A DNA stretch of 16,683 nt from an uncultured Verrucomicrobiales bacterium. GTDB taxonomy: Bacteria > Verrucomicrobiota > Verrucomicrobiia > Verrucomicrobiales > DEV007. The notes beneath the pieces were generated by a model, which worked only from the letters and a program-made list of their open reading frames with translations, was not told where the DNA came from and ran no database searches. Both the position numbers and the translations under genes were made by a program. The stretch is from the NCBI GenBank assembly GCA_938091905.1, contig CALKOM010000042.1:1-16683 (forward strand), written 5' to 3'. How positions within the stretch are numbered: position 1 is the stretch's first letter; each line of letters starts with the position of its first letter. This document shows, one piece after another, positions 1 through 7,347 of this stretch.

Positions 1-1
1 T

Positions 2-289
2 GAGAACGAAACGTTTGAGCAAAAGGTGACCTTTATCGGTCATGGAACGATCGCGAACCCAGCGATCCATTATCGCAAGATGGGCTCAACCGACAGTTTC
101 CAAACACGTGACCTGATCCCTGACGGCAAGAGTGTGATGCAAGCAAGGATACCTTACCCTGGGGATGACTTTGAATATTTCATCCAAGGCTCTGTTGGTG
201 GTGACACCGTGACGTATCCTGTAACAGGCGGTCGTGGCGCCAGTCACATCAATAAGACGGTGATCACGGTAGAGAAAGTCGCGAAGTAG
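2..289 (+). CDS. 3' end of a larger protein (5'-truncated by the window); Ig/FnIII-like C-terminal module, function unknown
   Basis: The frame is open from base 2 (ENETFEQKVTFIGHG...), so the GTG at 26 is probably internal. Stop TAG ends at 289. The pattern 'IHYRKMG..F....L......MQARIP....DFEYFIQ......TYP......NKTVI' resembles beta-sandwich C-termini of large carbohydrate-active proteins. Confidence 0.6.
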   Translation, partial: ENETFEQKVTFIGHGTIANPAIHYRKMGSTDSFQTRDLIPDGKSVMQARIPYPGDDFEYFIQGSVGGDTVTYPVTGGRGASHINKTVITVEKVAK

Positions 290-339
290 GCTGGATTGCC
301 TAATCCGTCCGTTGGATCGGGAGTTCCGTCAGGGGATTA

Positions 340-1437
340 TCAATCCATGGCCATGAACCGAACGCAGACCGGATTGGCCACCTGAATACTGATGTCGGTC
401 GGGGTAAGCGCGCCTGTGTCCTGGTCGATCTTGAAGACAATCACATTGCCGCCGGATTGGTTCGCCACCAGCATGTAGTTGCCAGTCGGCTCGATGGCGA
501 AATTGCGAGGCGTCTTGACCCCCGTTCCCTGATGGCCGACGGCCGTCAGCGTGCCGTTTTTCGAGTTGAGCGCAAAGACGGCGATGGAGTTGTAGGGATT
601 GCGATTCGAAACATAGACGAACTTGCCGGATGGATGAACGACCGTTTCCGCGGTGCTGCCGCCTTTGCGTTCGACGTCTTTCGGCAAGGTTGAGAGCACC
701 TGTCTTTGCTTCAGGACACCGCTATCGCTATCATAGTCACAGGCGATCAGGGTCAGATTGCTCTCCCCATTGATGAAGGCCATCTTCCCGTCTTTGCTCC
801 AGGCAAAGTGGCGTGGTCCGGTGCCTTTCGGCGTATCGAAGGCCCCGTGCGGTTTGAGGAGGCCCTTGGCGGGATCAAAACGGTAGATGACGACCTGGTC
901 GAGCCCGAGATCACAGCAGAGGGCGAACTTGTTATTCGGGTCGACGTGAATGGCATGCCCGTGAATCCTCTTTCCTTGGTGTTGCTGAAAGGAGGTGGCT
1001 GCTCCCAGTTTGCCATCAGATCCGATAGGTAGACTGATGCAGCTTCCGCCGGAGTAGTTGGCAGCGAGGACGTTCTTTCCGGTTGGGTCCACCACCAGAT
1101 GGCAGGGCGCGCCTCCCTGGGAAGGCTGCGAGTTGAGAAAGGTCAAGGTTCCCGTCTTCGTATCGATAGCGAAGGAGCTGATCGAGGCCTTGTCTTCATT
1201 GACCGCGTAGAGAAAGGGTTTGTTCGGGTGAAAGGCGAGGAAAGACGGATCGCTGGCTTCCACGGCCAGGGTCGGCGGCGTGAGAGACCCGTCCGCGAGG
1301 TTCAGTTCGCATTGGTAGATGCCCTTGCTGTCTCCCTTGCTGTAGGTGCCGAGGTAGACACGAAACTTATCCTGGGCCGGAGCCGATGCAGCCAGGGTCG
1401 CGAGAAGAAAGGCGGCAAGAAAAGACCGAATATTCAT
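340..1437 (-). CDS. pgl: Lactonase family 7-bladed beta-propeller (6-phosphogluconolactonase YbhE/Pgl-like, cycloisomerase 2 family) with signal peptide
   Basis: 365 aa with family motifs VYLGTY, PSFLA, GGAPCHL, AANYSGGS, H.HAI, DLGLDQV, GTGPRHF, FVYVSNR, TPRNF, VANQ and NPVCV. Sec-like N-terminus MNIRSFLAAFLLATLAASAPA. The symbol reflects the family, not proven substrate. Confidence 0.9.
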   Translation of the reverse strand: MNIRSFLAAFLLATLAASAPAQDKFRVYLGTYSKGDSKGIYQCELNLADGSLTPPTLAVEASDPSFLAFHPNKPFLYAVNEDKASISSFAIDTKTGTLTFLNSQPSQGGAPCHLVVDPTGKNVLAANYSGGSCISLPIGSDGKLGAATSFQQHQGKRIHGHAIHVDPNNKFALCCDLGLDQVVIYRFDPAKGLLKPHGAFDTPKGTGPRHFAWSKDGKMAFINGESNLTLIACDYDSDSGVLKQRQVLSTLPKDVERKGGSTAETVVHPSGKFVYVSNRNPYNSIAVFALNSKNGTLTAVGHQGTGVKTPRNFAIEPTGNYMLVANQSGGNVIVFKIDQDTGALTPTDISIQVANPVCVRFMAMD

Positions 1438-1901
1438 GGATTCGGTTTACCCGAATCGGTCGATGAAACCAAGCCAAACAGTTCCTTGCGCGCCTTGCCC
1501 TTGTTGTCCAATCCAAAGGGACGACCACTTGTAGAGTTCTCCTCAAAGCCGGGATCGCTGCCGGGGCGCCAAGCGATGGAAGCGTTGAAATCCGTGACAT
1601 CCAAGACATTCTCGTCGGCATGCTTCCCGTCTTTGGTGGTCGATCCGTAGATTTGAACAGCTTTCAACCCGGCGCCTGCCATTAAATACGTGAAGCCGTC
1701 GGGGTGGTGATCCCTGGCTTTGTTAGGATTCACTTCGGCCTTCCGGCCGAACTCTGTCGACACCACGACCAGCGTGGAATCCAACAAGCCTTTCTGGCTT
1801 GGATGCGCCAGCAGGGAAGACAAGCCGCTATTAAGTTTATGGACCGTCCCTTTTGGAGAGTTCGTTCGTTGTTGGCAAACGGTTTGGTTGATGCGCGTCA
1901 C
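1434..1901 (-). pseudogene. DUF1501 family protein remnant (C-terminal third only, degraded)
   Basis: 'LNSGLSSLLAHPSQKGLLDSTLVVVSTEFGRKAEVNPNKARDHHPDGFTYLMAGAGLK..IYGST...DFNASIA...SGRPF' matches the DUF1501 C-terminal signature (LLD.TLVV..TEFGRTP....RDH.....AGGG.KGG..YG.TD). The Tat signal and N-terminal two thirds are absent, and conserved positions are altered (GRTP->GRKA, KGG->KAV). Confidence 0.75.
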
Positions 1902-1925
1902 TACGGTGCGGTATGGTGGTGTCCT

Positions 1926-2780
1926 ATGCGACTCATGCTTCCCGTCCTATTCCTTGTCCTGGCTTCCTTTGCTAGGGCTGAAGACCTGAAGGTCATGACC
2001 TACAACATTTGGAACGGGGCCGACGAAGAGAAGCACGGACGCCTTGCTTCGTGGATCCAAAAGCAAGATCCTGATGTCCTCGCCCTTCAGGAACTGGTTG
2101 GCTTCAGCAAGGAAAAACTCGCCACGTTCGGGAAGTCCTGGGACCACCCTCACACCCTAATCCTCAAAGAAGAGGGCTATGCGGTGGGGCTCACCGCGAA
2201 GAAGCCCATCACCTTGGTTGGTCGCTATCGGGAGGGGCTCTGGCATGGGGCGCTTCATGCAACGGTCGACAAGATCCACTACCTGGTGGTGCATCAGTGC
2301 CCAGGGGACTACAAGATTCGGCTACGAGAATCCAAGATTCTCACAGAGGTCATCGGCAAATTGATCGCCGATAAGCAGCACGTCATTGTCCTCGGCGATT
2401 TCAACGCGCACACCCCTGCGGATAGGGCATTCCTCGACAAGCAATCGGATCTGATCAAACGGCGCAAAGCGTCGACATTCCTGAAGGATGGCAAATGGGA
2501 CTACCAAACCATGACCCACTACCTCGATCTCAAGTTGGTGGATCTCAATCTCAAGCATGCTCCCAAGAAGAACATCCACCTCGGCACTTTTCCGTCGCGC
2601 GCGCTCAGTCACGCCCGTTCGGAATCTGCACGCCAGAAATTTGCCGAACGGATTGATTTCATCCTGGCGTCCCCGGATCTCGCCAAACGGTCGACCAGCT
2701 CCAAGACGCATCACGACGAGATCTTGAACAAGATCTCTGACCACTACCCCATTTCCGCTTCTTTTCAGTTGGGTAGATGA
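1926..2780 (+). CDS. Endonuclease/exonuclease/phosphatase (EEP) family protein, exported
   Basis: Motifs MTYNI, DVLALQE, VLGDFN, RIDFI and ISDHYP. The ATG at 1926 gives signal peptide MRLMLPVLFLVLASFARA. The track start at 1704 is an extension overlapping the DUF1501 remnant. Confidence 0.9.
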   Translation: MRLMLPVLFLVLASFARAEDLKVMTYNIWNGADEEKHGRLASWIQKQDPDVLALQELVGFSKEKLATFGKSWDHPHTLILKEEGYAVGLTAKKPITLVGRYREGLWHGALHATVDKIHYLVVHQCPGDYKIRLRESKILTEVIGKLIADKQHVIVLGDFNAHTPADRAFLDKQSDLIKRRKASTFLKDGKWDYQTMTHYLDLKLVDLNLKHAPKKNIHLGTFPSRALSHARSESARQKFAERIDFILASPDLAKRSTSSKTHHDEILNKISDHYPISASFQLGR

Positions 2781-2829
2781 TCATCGTGCGCTTCCATCGG
2801 CTCTTCACTCAGCAAGCACGAGGTGGTGA

Positions 2830-3218
2830 CAATGCGGGGGTGTGGCGCGAGCAAGCCTTCAATGACGTTCTTGATAGAAGGTGATGCGGTCGGCGGCTAC
2901 GGTGTATAGGTCTTGCGCGGATCTAGGAATGTAGCCGAGTTCGAAGGGGCGATCTTACCATCTAACGTCTAGCTGAATGTTGCTCGCGTCATCGAGGATG
3001 GGGCCGTCGTTGCCTCCGGCACTCCATGGGTTCAGGAGTTTTGCTAGGGTACGGCAGTCCTCGGCCTTGGAGCCATGGCTTTCCAAGGCGAGGAACTCTT
3101 GCAGATGACTGTGGGTGGGCATGTCTTCCGAGTGAAAGCAGGTGAAGGCGTGTTGGAAGAGCATTTCTTTGAGATCGGGATTCTTGAGCGTCTGACGCGA
3201 TGCCATCGTCGTCCGCAC
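2830..3218 (-). pseudogene. Frameshifted fragment resembling an internal/C-terminal part of a VirB4-type conjugative (ICE) ATPase
   Basis: ORF 3218-2955 reads AFTCFHSEDMPTHSHLQEFL...LAKLLNPWSAGGNDGPILDDASNIQL. It continues across frameshifts as LDGKIA (2965-2948), FELGYIPRSAQDLYTVAA (from 2945) and IKNVIEG (2875-2855). The joined sequence resembles the 'PTH...W...G.YG.LFDG..N.SL....HFELG.IP' segment I recall from verrucomicrobial VirB4-family proteins. This is recalled similarity, not a search result. Confidence 0.55.
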
Positions 3219-3398
3219 CGGCAGAAGATGCGTCGCCCTCCGGGCTGGATATTAGGCTTCTGTTATATGGCTCTCAAGCTAGCGCTTTACTACTTTTAGG
3301 AGACTCATCCCTTCCTCTCTGGCCAGGTCTACCGAACTGAAGACCGCTGTGTTTGCGGTGATGGTTCCAGGGCAGACATCAGGAGGAATAACGTGGTT

Positions 3399-4568
3399 TC
3401 AAGGATTGATCTTGAGTTTGCCAAAGTGGATGTGGGTGCGCGGGCGGGCGGCCGTGCCGCTGTCCCAGACGCAGCGGAATTCGCCGGGTGCTACCTCGGC
3501 GAGGGTGGGATAGGAGTTCTTGATGCCGGCGTGATAGAAGGTCTTTTCCACGCTCCATTCGCCGTCCTTCGGCTTGACCTTGTAACGGAGCGAGGTGCGT
3601 CCGCCGTTGGGAAATCCGGGTGCCTTGTCGCGCTGTGCGGGACCGTCGTTGTAGACGTAGATGTGCCCGCCATCTTTGGTATGAGAGAAATAGCCCTTGG
3701 ACTTGGCGTTGTGGAGTTCGGGTTCGGATTTGGCGACGCTCCAGGTCTTTCCGCCGTTCTGACTAACACTCGACCAGGCGCGGGGAGGGGCGGTGGTCTT
3801 GTTGGTTTCGTCGTAGTCGGCGGTGCGCATGACGATCTTGAGTTCGCCTTCGTTGTCGCCGAGGCCGATGTTGCCTTCGTGTAGGAAGACACGTGGCCGC
3901 TTGGGCTGTGGGATGTAGGCTTCGAGTTTCCACTCCAGTAGGCTAGAGCTACTGAGAATGAGATGATCGCGGGAACCGCGGGGGTCAGAGGCCAAGGTGT
4001 TTCGGTGCGCAGGTAGGAGATAGCGTCTTTGACCATCGATCTCTGTTTCCATCACTCTGGCATTGAGAATGAGTGGGCCGGTGTAGTGCATGGCCATTTC
4101 CACCGGCGTCCATGAGCGTCCCCAGTCTGCGCTGAAGGCACCGACGAGATGCGATTCCTCGCTGTTGCGTTGGGCGATGGAGCAGCGCATAGCGTAGCAC
4201 CAGACGATGTCCTGACCCGGCGCTCGGTAGAGCACGGGATTGGCGTAAGCGAACTGGATGCCACCATTCCTGACAGTGTGATCAAAGACGGTCACGGGTT
4301 CTTCCCAGGTGTCGCCGTCGTTCTTCGAGATGGTGACAAAGATGTCGCCCATGTCCTTCTTGCCGTTGCGCATGGCGCCATAGGCGACGATGAGATGCTT
4401 GTTCTTGTCGCCCTTGATAATGACTGGCTGCCAAACGCGCCAGGCCTGCGGATGTTGTTCAACACGACGAATCACCCGCACATCGGTGACGTTGCCTTGG
4501 TGTGGAAGATCCTGAGCGTGGATGATTCCGGTGGTCAGTAGGATCGCGGTGAGCGTGATGCGTTTCAT
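3399..4568 (-). CDS. Sialidase-like / BNR (Asp-box) beta-propeller protein, exported
   Basis: 389 aa with three Asp-boxes (SKNDGDTW, SADWGRSW, SQNGGKTW), LHEG...MRT, GGRTSL and C-terminal SYPTL. Signal peptide MKRITLTAILLTTGIIHA. Confidence 0.85.
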   Translation of the reverse strand: MKRITLTAILLTTGIIHAQDLPHQGNVTDVRVIRRVEQHPQAWRVWQPVIIKGDKNKHLIVAYGAMRNGKKDMGDIFVTISKNDGDTWEEPVTVFDHTVRNGGIQFAYANPVLYRAPGQDIVWCYAMRCSIAQRNSEESHLVGAFSADWGRSWTPVEMAMHYTGPLILNARVMETEIDGQRRYLLPAHRNTLASDPRGSRDHLILSSSSLLEWKLEAYIPQPKRPRVFLHEGNIGLGDNEGELKIVMRTADYDETNKTTAPPRAWSSVSQNGGKTWSVAKSEPELHNAKSKGYFSHTKDGGHIYVYNDGPAQRDKAPGFPNGGRTSLRYKVKPKDGEWSVEKTFYHAGIKNSYPTLAEVAPGEFRCVWDSGTAARPRTHIHFGKLKINP

Positions 4569-4596
4569 TCGTTCTTCTTCGCCTTTCTTTAAATAA

Positions 4597-6054
4597 CTAC
4601 TTTCTTGGGCGCCAAGTATAGGTGTCTTCGTCGAAGCTGTAGGCTTTCTTGGTGGGAGCGGCGTCCGCGTAGCTGCGGGGAAGCCACGCCTTCAGTTCGT
4701 TCGCTTTTTCCGGGAACCTGCCAATAAGGTTATGCCATTCTTCTGGATCGCTCTGCAGGTTGTAGAGTTCTTCACCGGCACGGGCTTTGTCGTAGTGAAT
4801 GTAGCGCCAATGCTCGGTGCGAATCGCTCTGTTTCCGGAGAGGAAGTCAATGATGGCCGGGCGCTCCCAGGGCATGTCCGGTTCTTGCAGTAAGGGTGTG
4901 ATATCGGCGCCGTCCAGTCCGGCTGGCACGGGAAGGTCGCAAAGCCGAACCAACGTGGGGTAGAGGCAGGTAAGATCGACCGGTCGGCTGCTCCGACTGC
5001 CGGGCGTCGTCATGCCAGGAACCGCCATGATGAATGGCACGTGGGTGGAGCGTTCCCAAAGGGTGTTCTTGGCAAAGTGGTCCTTCTCGCCAAAGGCGTA
5101 ACCGTGATCCGACCAGAGAACGATGATCGTGTTGTTGTGGTAGGCGCTCTTGTCGAAGGCATCCATGAGAATTCCGATCAGCGCATCCGCGTGGGCAATG
5201 CCCGCCAGGTAGGATTGCAGGCACCGGCGCAAGTCGTCGTGTTGTTCGATCATTCGCAAGTCCTTCCGGCGGTGGGCGGCCATTTCCTGACCGCCGGGAG
5301 GAATGTCATCGAGGTCTCCCGGCTTGTTGATTGGCAGTTCCACGTTTTCGAGAGGAAGTTTGTCAAAATACTTTTTGGGCGCGTAGAAAGGGAGGTGAGG
5401 TTGAAAGAGACCCACTGCGAGAAAGAACGGTTTCTCCTGTTCACGGGCCAGGAATTCCGAGGCCCATCGAACGGTGTGTCCGTCGCCCATCTCCATGTCA
5501 TCCACCTCCATCGGCCCCCAATCAAGGGAATCGTTAGGGTGCCGGGGCATCTTGTCGGTAAAGAATCGGCGGTCTTCTCCCCGGTCCTTGAAGTAGTCGA
5601 CCATGAGGTCCTGATCCGTGATGAGGTCGAAATAGTCGTCCCATTGATCGGGCGGATTAAAGCCGTCGGTGTGGTGGTGCACCTTGCCCCCACCGGCCAC
5701 GTGGTAGCCGTGATTTTTGAAATACTGCGGTAGGGTCACGAGGTCCGGATAAGCCGGCCGCCACCAGTGACTGTTGCTGTAGAGACCCGTGGTGGAGGCG
5801 CGTCGGCCCGTGAGGATTGCCGCCCGGCTCGGAGCGCACTTGGGGCTGGGAGCATGTGCGTTGGTAAACAGGAGCCCTCGCTCAGCCAGTGCGTCAATAT
5901 TTGCCGTCGGGACGCGGTCCGATCCTAGACATCCGACCCAGTCGTTCATGTCATCCACGATGATCATGAGGACGTTGGGTTTTTGCGCCGCGCCGGATGC
6001 TTGGACGCTGAAGAAACAAAGGACCGCGACTAGGAATGTGTGGCAATAGCTCAT
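4597..6054 (-). CDS. Formylglycine-dependent S1 sulfatase (Cys-type; iduronate-2-sulfatase/choline-sulfatase-like)
   Basis: 485 aa with PNVLMIIVDD, CAPSRAAILTGR (CxPxR), GKVHH, QPHLPF, WSDHG, KNTLWE and ELYNL..DP.EW.NL, plus a signal peptide. Confidence 0.95.
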   Translation of the reverse strand: MSYCHTFLVAVLCFFSVQASGAAQKPNVLMIIVDDMNDWVGCLGSDRVPTANIDALAERGLLFTNAHAPSPKCAPSRAAILTGRRASTTGLYSNSHWWRPAYPDLVTLPQYFKNHGYHVAGGGKVHHHTDGFNPPDQWDDYFDLITDQDLMVDYFKDRGEDRRFFTDKMPRHPNDSLDWGPMEVDDMEMGDGHTVRWASEFLAREQEKPFFLAVGLFQPHLPFYAPKKYFDKLPLENVELPINKPGDLDDIPPGGQEMAAHRRKDLRMIEQHDDLRRCLQSYLAGIAHADALIGILMDAFDKSAYHNNTIIVLWSDHGYAFGEKDHFAKNTLWERSTHVPFIMAVPGMTTPGSRSSRPVDLTCLYPTLVRLCDLPVPAGLDGADITPLLQEPDMPWERPAIIDFLSGNRAIRTEHWRYIHYDKARAGEELYNLQSDPEEWHNLIGRFPEKANELKAWLPRSYADAAPTKKAYSFDEDTYTWRPRK

Positions 6055-6152
6055 TGCGAACTCTTCATCTCTAGCTTTACGTTAGTATTGCAGTTGGATT
6101 GGGCTCGCCTTGTTGTAAGAAACGGTGGCGAAGTGAGCTCGCAGAAATCACT

Positions 6153-7025
6153 TCAGGGCGTATCCCGATTTCGAGTCGCCGTATCGTTCGGCTTGTTGGA
6201 GCGCGGCAGGGTCTGAACCGCAGGCAAGAATTCCCCGGCCAACAATCTGGCCAGGCTTGGCGCCACTGCTTTCGACCAGGCTTCGGCACCTTTGGGGCTC
6301 GGATGTAGAAGGTCCCACATAAGATCGGTATTGATTGTTCCGTTCGCGTTTAGGAAGATGTTATTCACATCAAGCCAGAACACCTGTTTACCATCTGCAA
6401 GTTGCTTGGTCAGTTCCCCAGCACGGCGACAGATTTCGATGCATGCTGCCGAGGAATTGAAGTGCGGCTCACTGATACTTTTCTCATCATCTCCACCGCG
6501 AGGAAAGATGCGCAAGACCAGAATCTTGGTCGTCGGGTGCCGATCTTTGATGCAGTCCACAATCGCTTTGGTGCCCGCATAGACATCTTCGGGGCTGTCT
6601 GCTTTCTTGAAATGGCGCTCATCCGTATTGTTCGTGCCGATAAGAAGCATGGCAACTTTTGGAGAACGCGTGAAATCAAGTTCGCCATTCTGCAAATTCC
6701 ACAAGACCTGCTCCGTGCGAAAGCCGCTATAACCCAAGTTAATCGCTTTGTGAGGCGCATAGTGCTTTTTCCACACGGCTGTTAGAGGCGCATACTTGCC
6801 ACCGAAGTCATCAAGCGTGTGCGTGATCGAATCTCCAATTAATACCAAATCATAATCACCTGTCTTCACTGCAGCCACCTTCTTGGTGTGCCGCTCAGAC
6901 GGCGAAGGCATTGGAACATGGGCGGCGCCAAGCTTGATCGAAGTATCCGCCATTCCAGTGAGCGCATGGGCTGTGAGCCAGACTGTTAGAGTTATGGAAA
7001 GGGTTCGGGGGGGGCTCGTGACCAT
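6153..7025 (-). CDS. SGNH/GDSL esterase (PAF-acetylhydrolase-like; putative carbohydrate acetylesterase)
   Basis: Block I IGDSIT, block II NLGYSG, block III LIGTNN and block V DLLHP. The ATG at 7025 gives a plausible signal peptide (MVTSPPRTLSITLTVWLTAHALTGMA). The track start at 7091 is an alternative. Confidence 0.9.
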   Translation of the reverse strand: MVTSPPRTLSITLTVWLTAHALTGMADTSIKLGAAHVPMPSPSERHTKKVAAVKTGDYDLVLIGDSITHTLDDFGGKYAPLTAVWKKHYAPHKAINLGYSGFRTEQVLWNLQNGELDFTRSPKVAMLLIGTNNTDERHFKKADSPEDVYAGTKAIVDCIKDRHPTTKILVLRIFPRGGDDEKSISEPHFNSSAACIEICRRAGELTKQLADGKQVFWLDVNNIFLNANGTINTDLMWDLLHPSPKGAEAWSKAVAPSLARLLAGEFLPAVQTLPRSNKPNDTATRNRDTP

Positions 7026-7179
7026 CGTACGGAACCTAACAGGTTGGGAACTCTTGTCACGAACCAAGTATTTCGCAGCTGAAACTGCCACTCGCTACGT
7101 GATCAGATGGGGGCAGGCGCGCGCAGGGATCGGAAGAAAAGGAAGAACTTGGTTCCCAATGAATCAATTCCAAGTGCCC

Positions 7180-7322
7180 GTGAGCATCACGTCCACGACC
7201 TTCATGCTACCATCCTGCATCTATTGGGCATCGAGCACGAATTGCTCACCTATTTCCACCAAGGTCGAAAGGAAAGCCTAACCGATGTTCACAGACGCGT
7301 CGTGGAAGAGATCATCGCTTAA
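7180..7322 (+). pseudogene. DUF1501 family remnant (extreme C-terminal ~46 aa only)
   Basis: [45 protein letters not shown] matches the DUF1501 terminus [20 protein letters not shown]...GR...LTDV.G.VV.EILA. The expected upstream 'AGGG.KGG..YG.TD' segment is not recognisable. Confidence 0.8.
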
Positions 7323-7347
7323 ATGGGACGATCCATGGCGACAGAAT

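Noticed and set aside
290..339. Small hairpin ggatt-gcct-aatcc between convergent genes as a terminator
   Set aside because: The stem is only 5 bp and has no U-tract, which is too weak to call.
1704..1925. 74-aa N-terminal extension of the EEP ORF in the track
   Set aside because: It overlaps the antisense DUF1501 relic, and the ATG at 1926 gives a clean signal peptide directly before the EEP domain.
1926..2780. EEP protein as a defence or retroelement nuclease
   Set aside because: It has a signal peptide and no adjacent RT or defence genes, so an exported phosphoesterase is the simpler reading.
3075..3299. 74-aa + strand ORF as a small gene
   Set aside because: It is antisense to the VirB4-like relic and has no recognisable motif.
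3343..3359. Hairpin accgc-tgtgttt-gcggt downstream of the sialidase-like gene
   Set aside because: A 5-bp stem without a convincing U-tract is compatible with chance.
6055..6152. Possible integron attC site (minus strand ...tacAACaaggcg...gaGTTcgca) suggesting a cassette array
   Set aside because: The R''/R' boxes are not complementary beyond AAC/GTT and there is no extended hairpin. No similar sites occur at other junctions, genes are not co-oriented, and no integrase is present.
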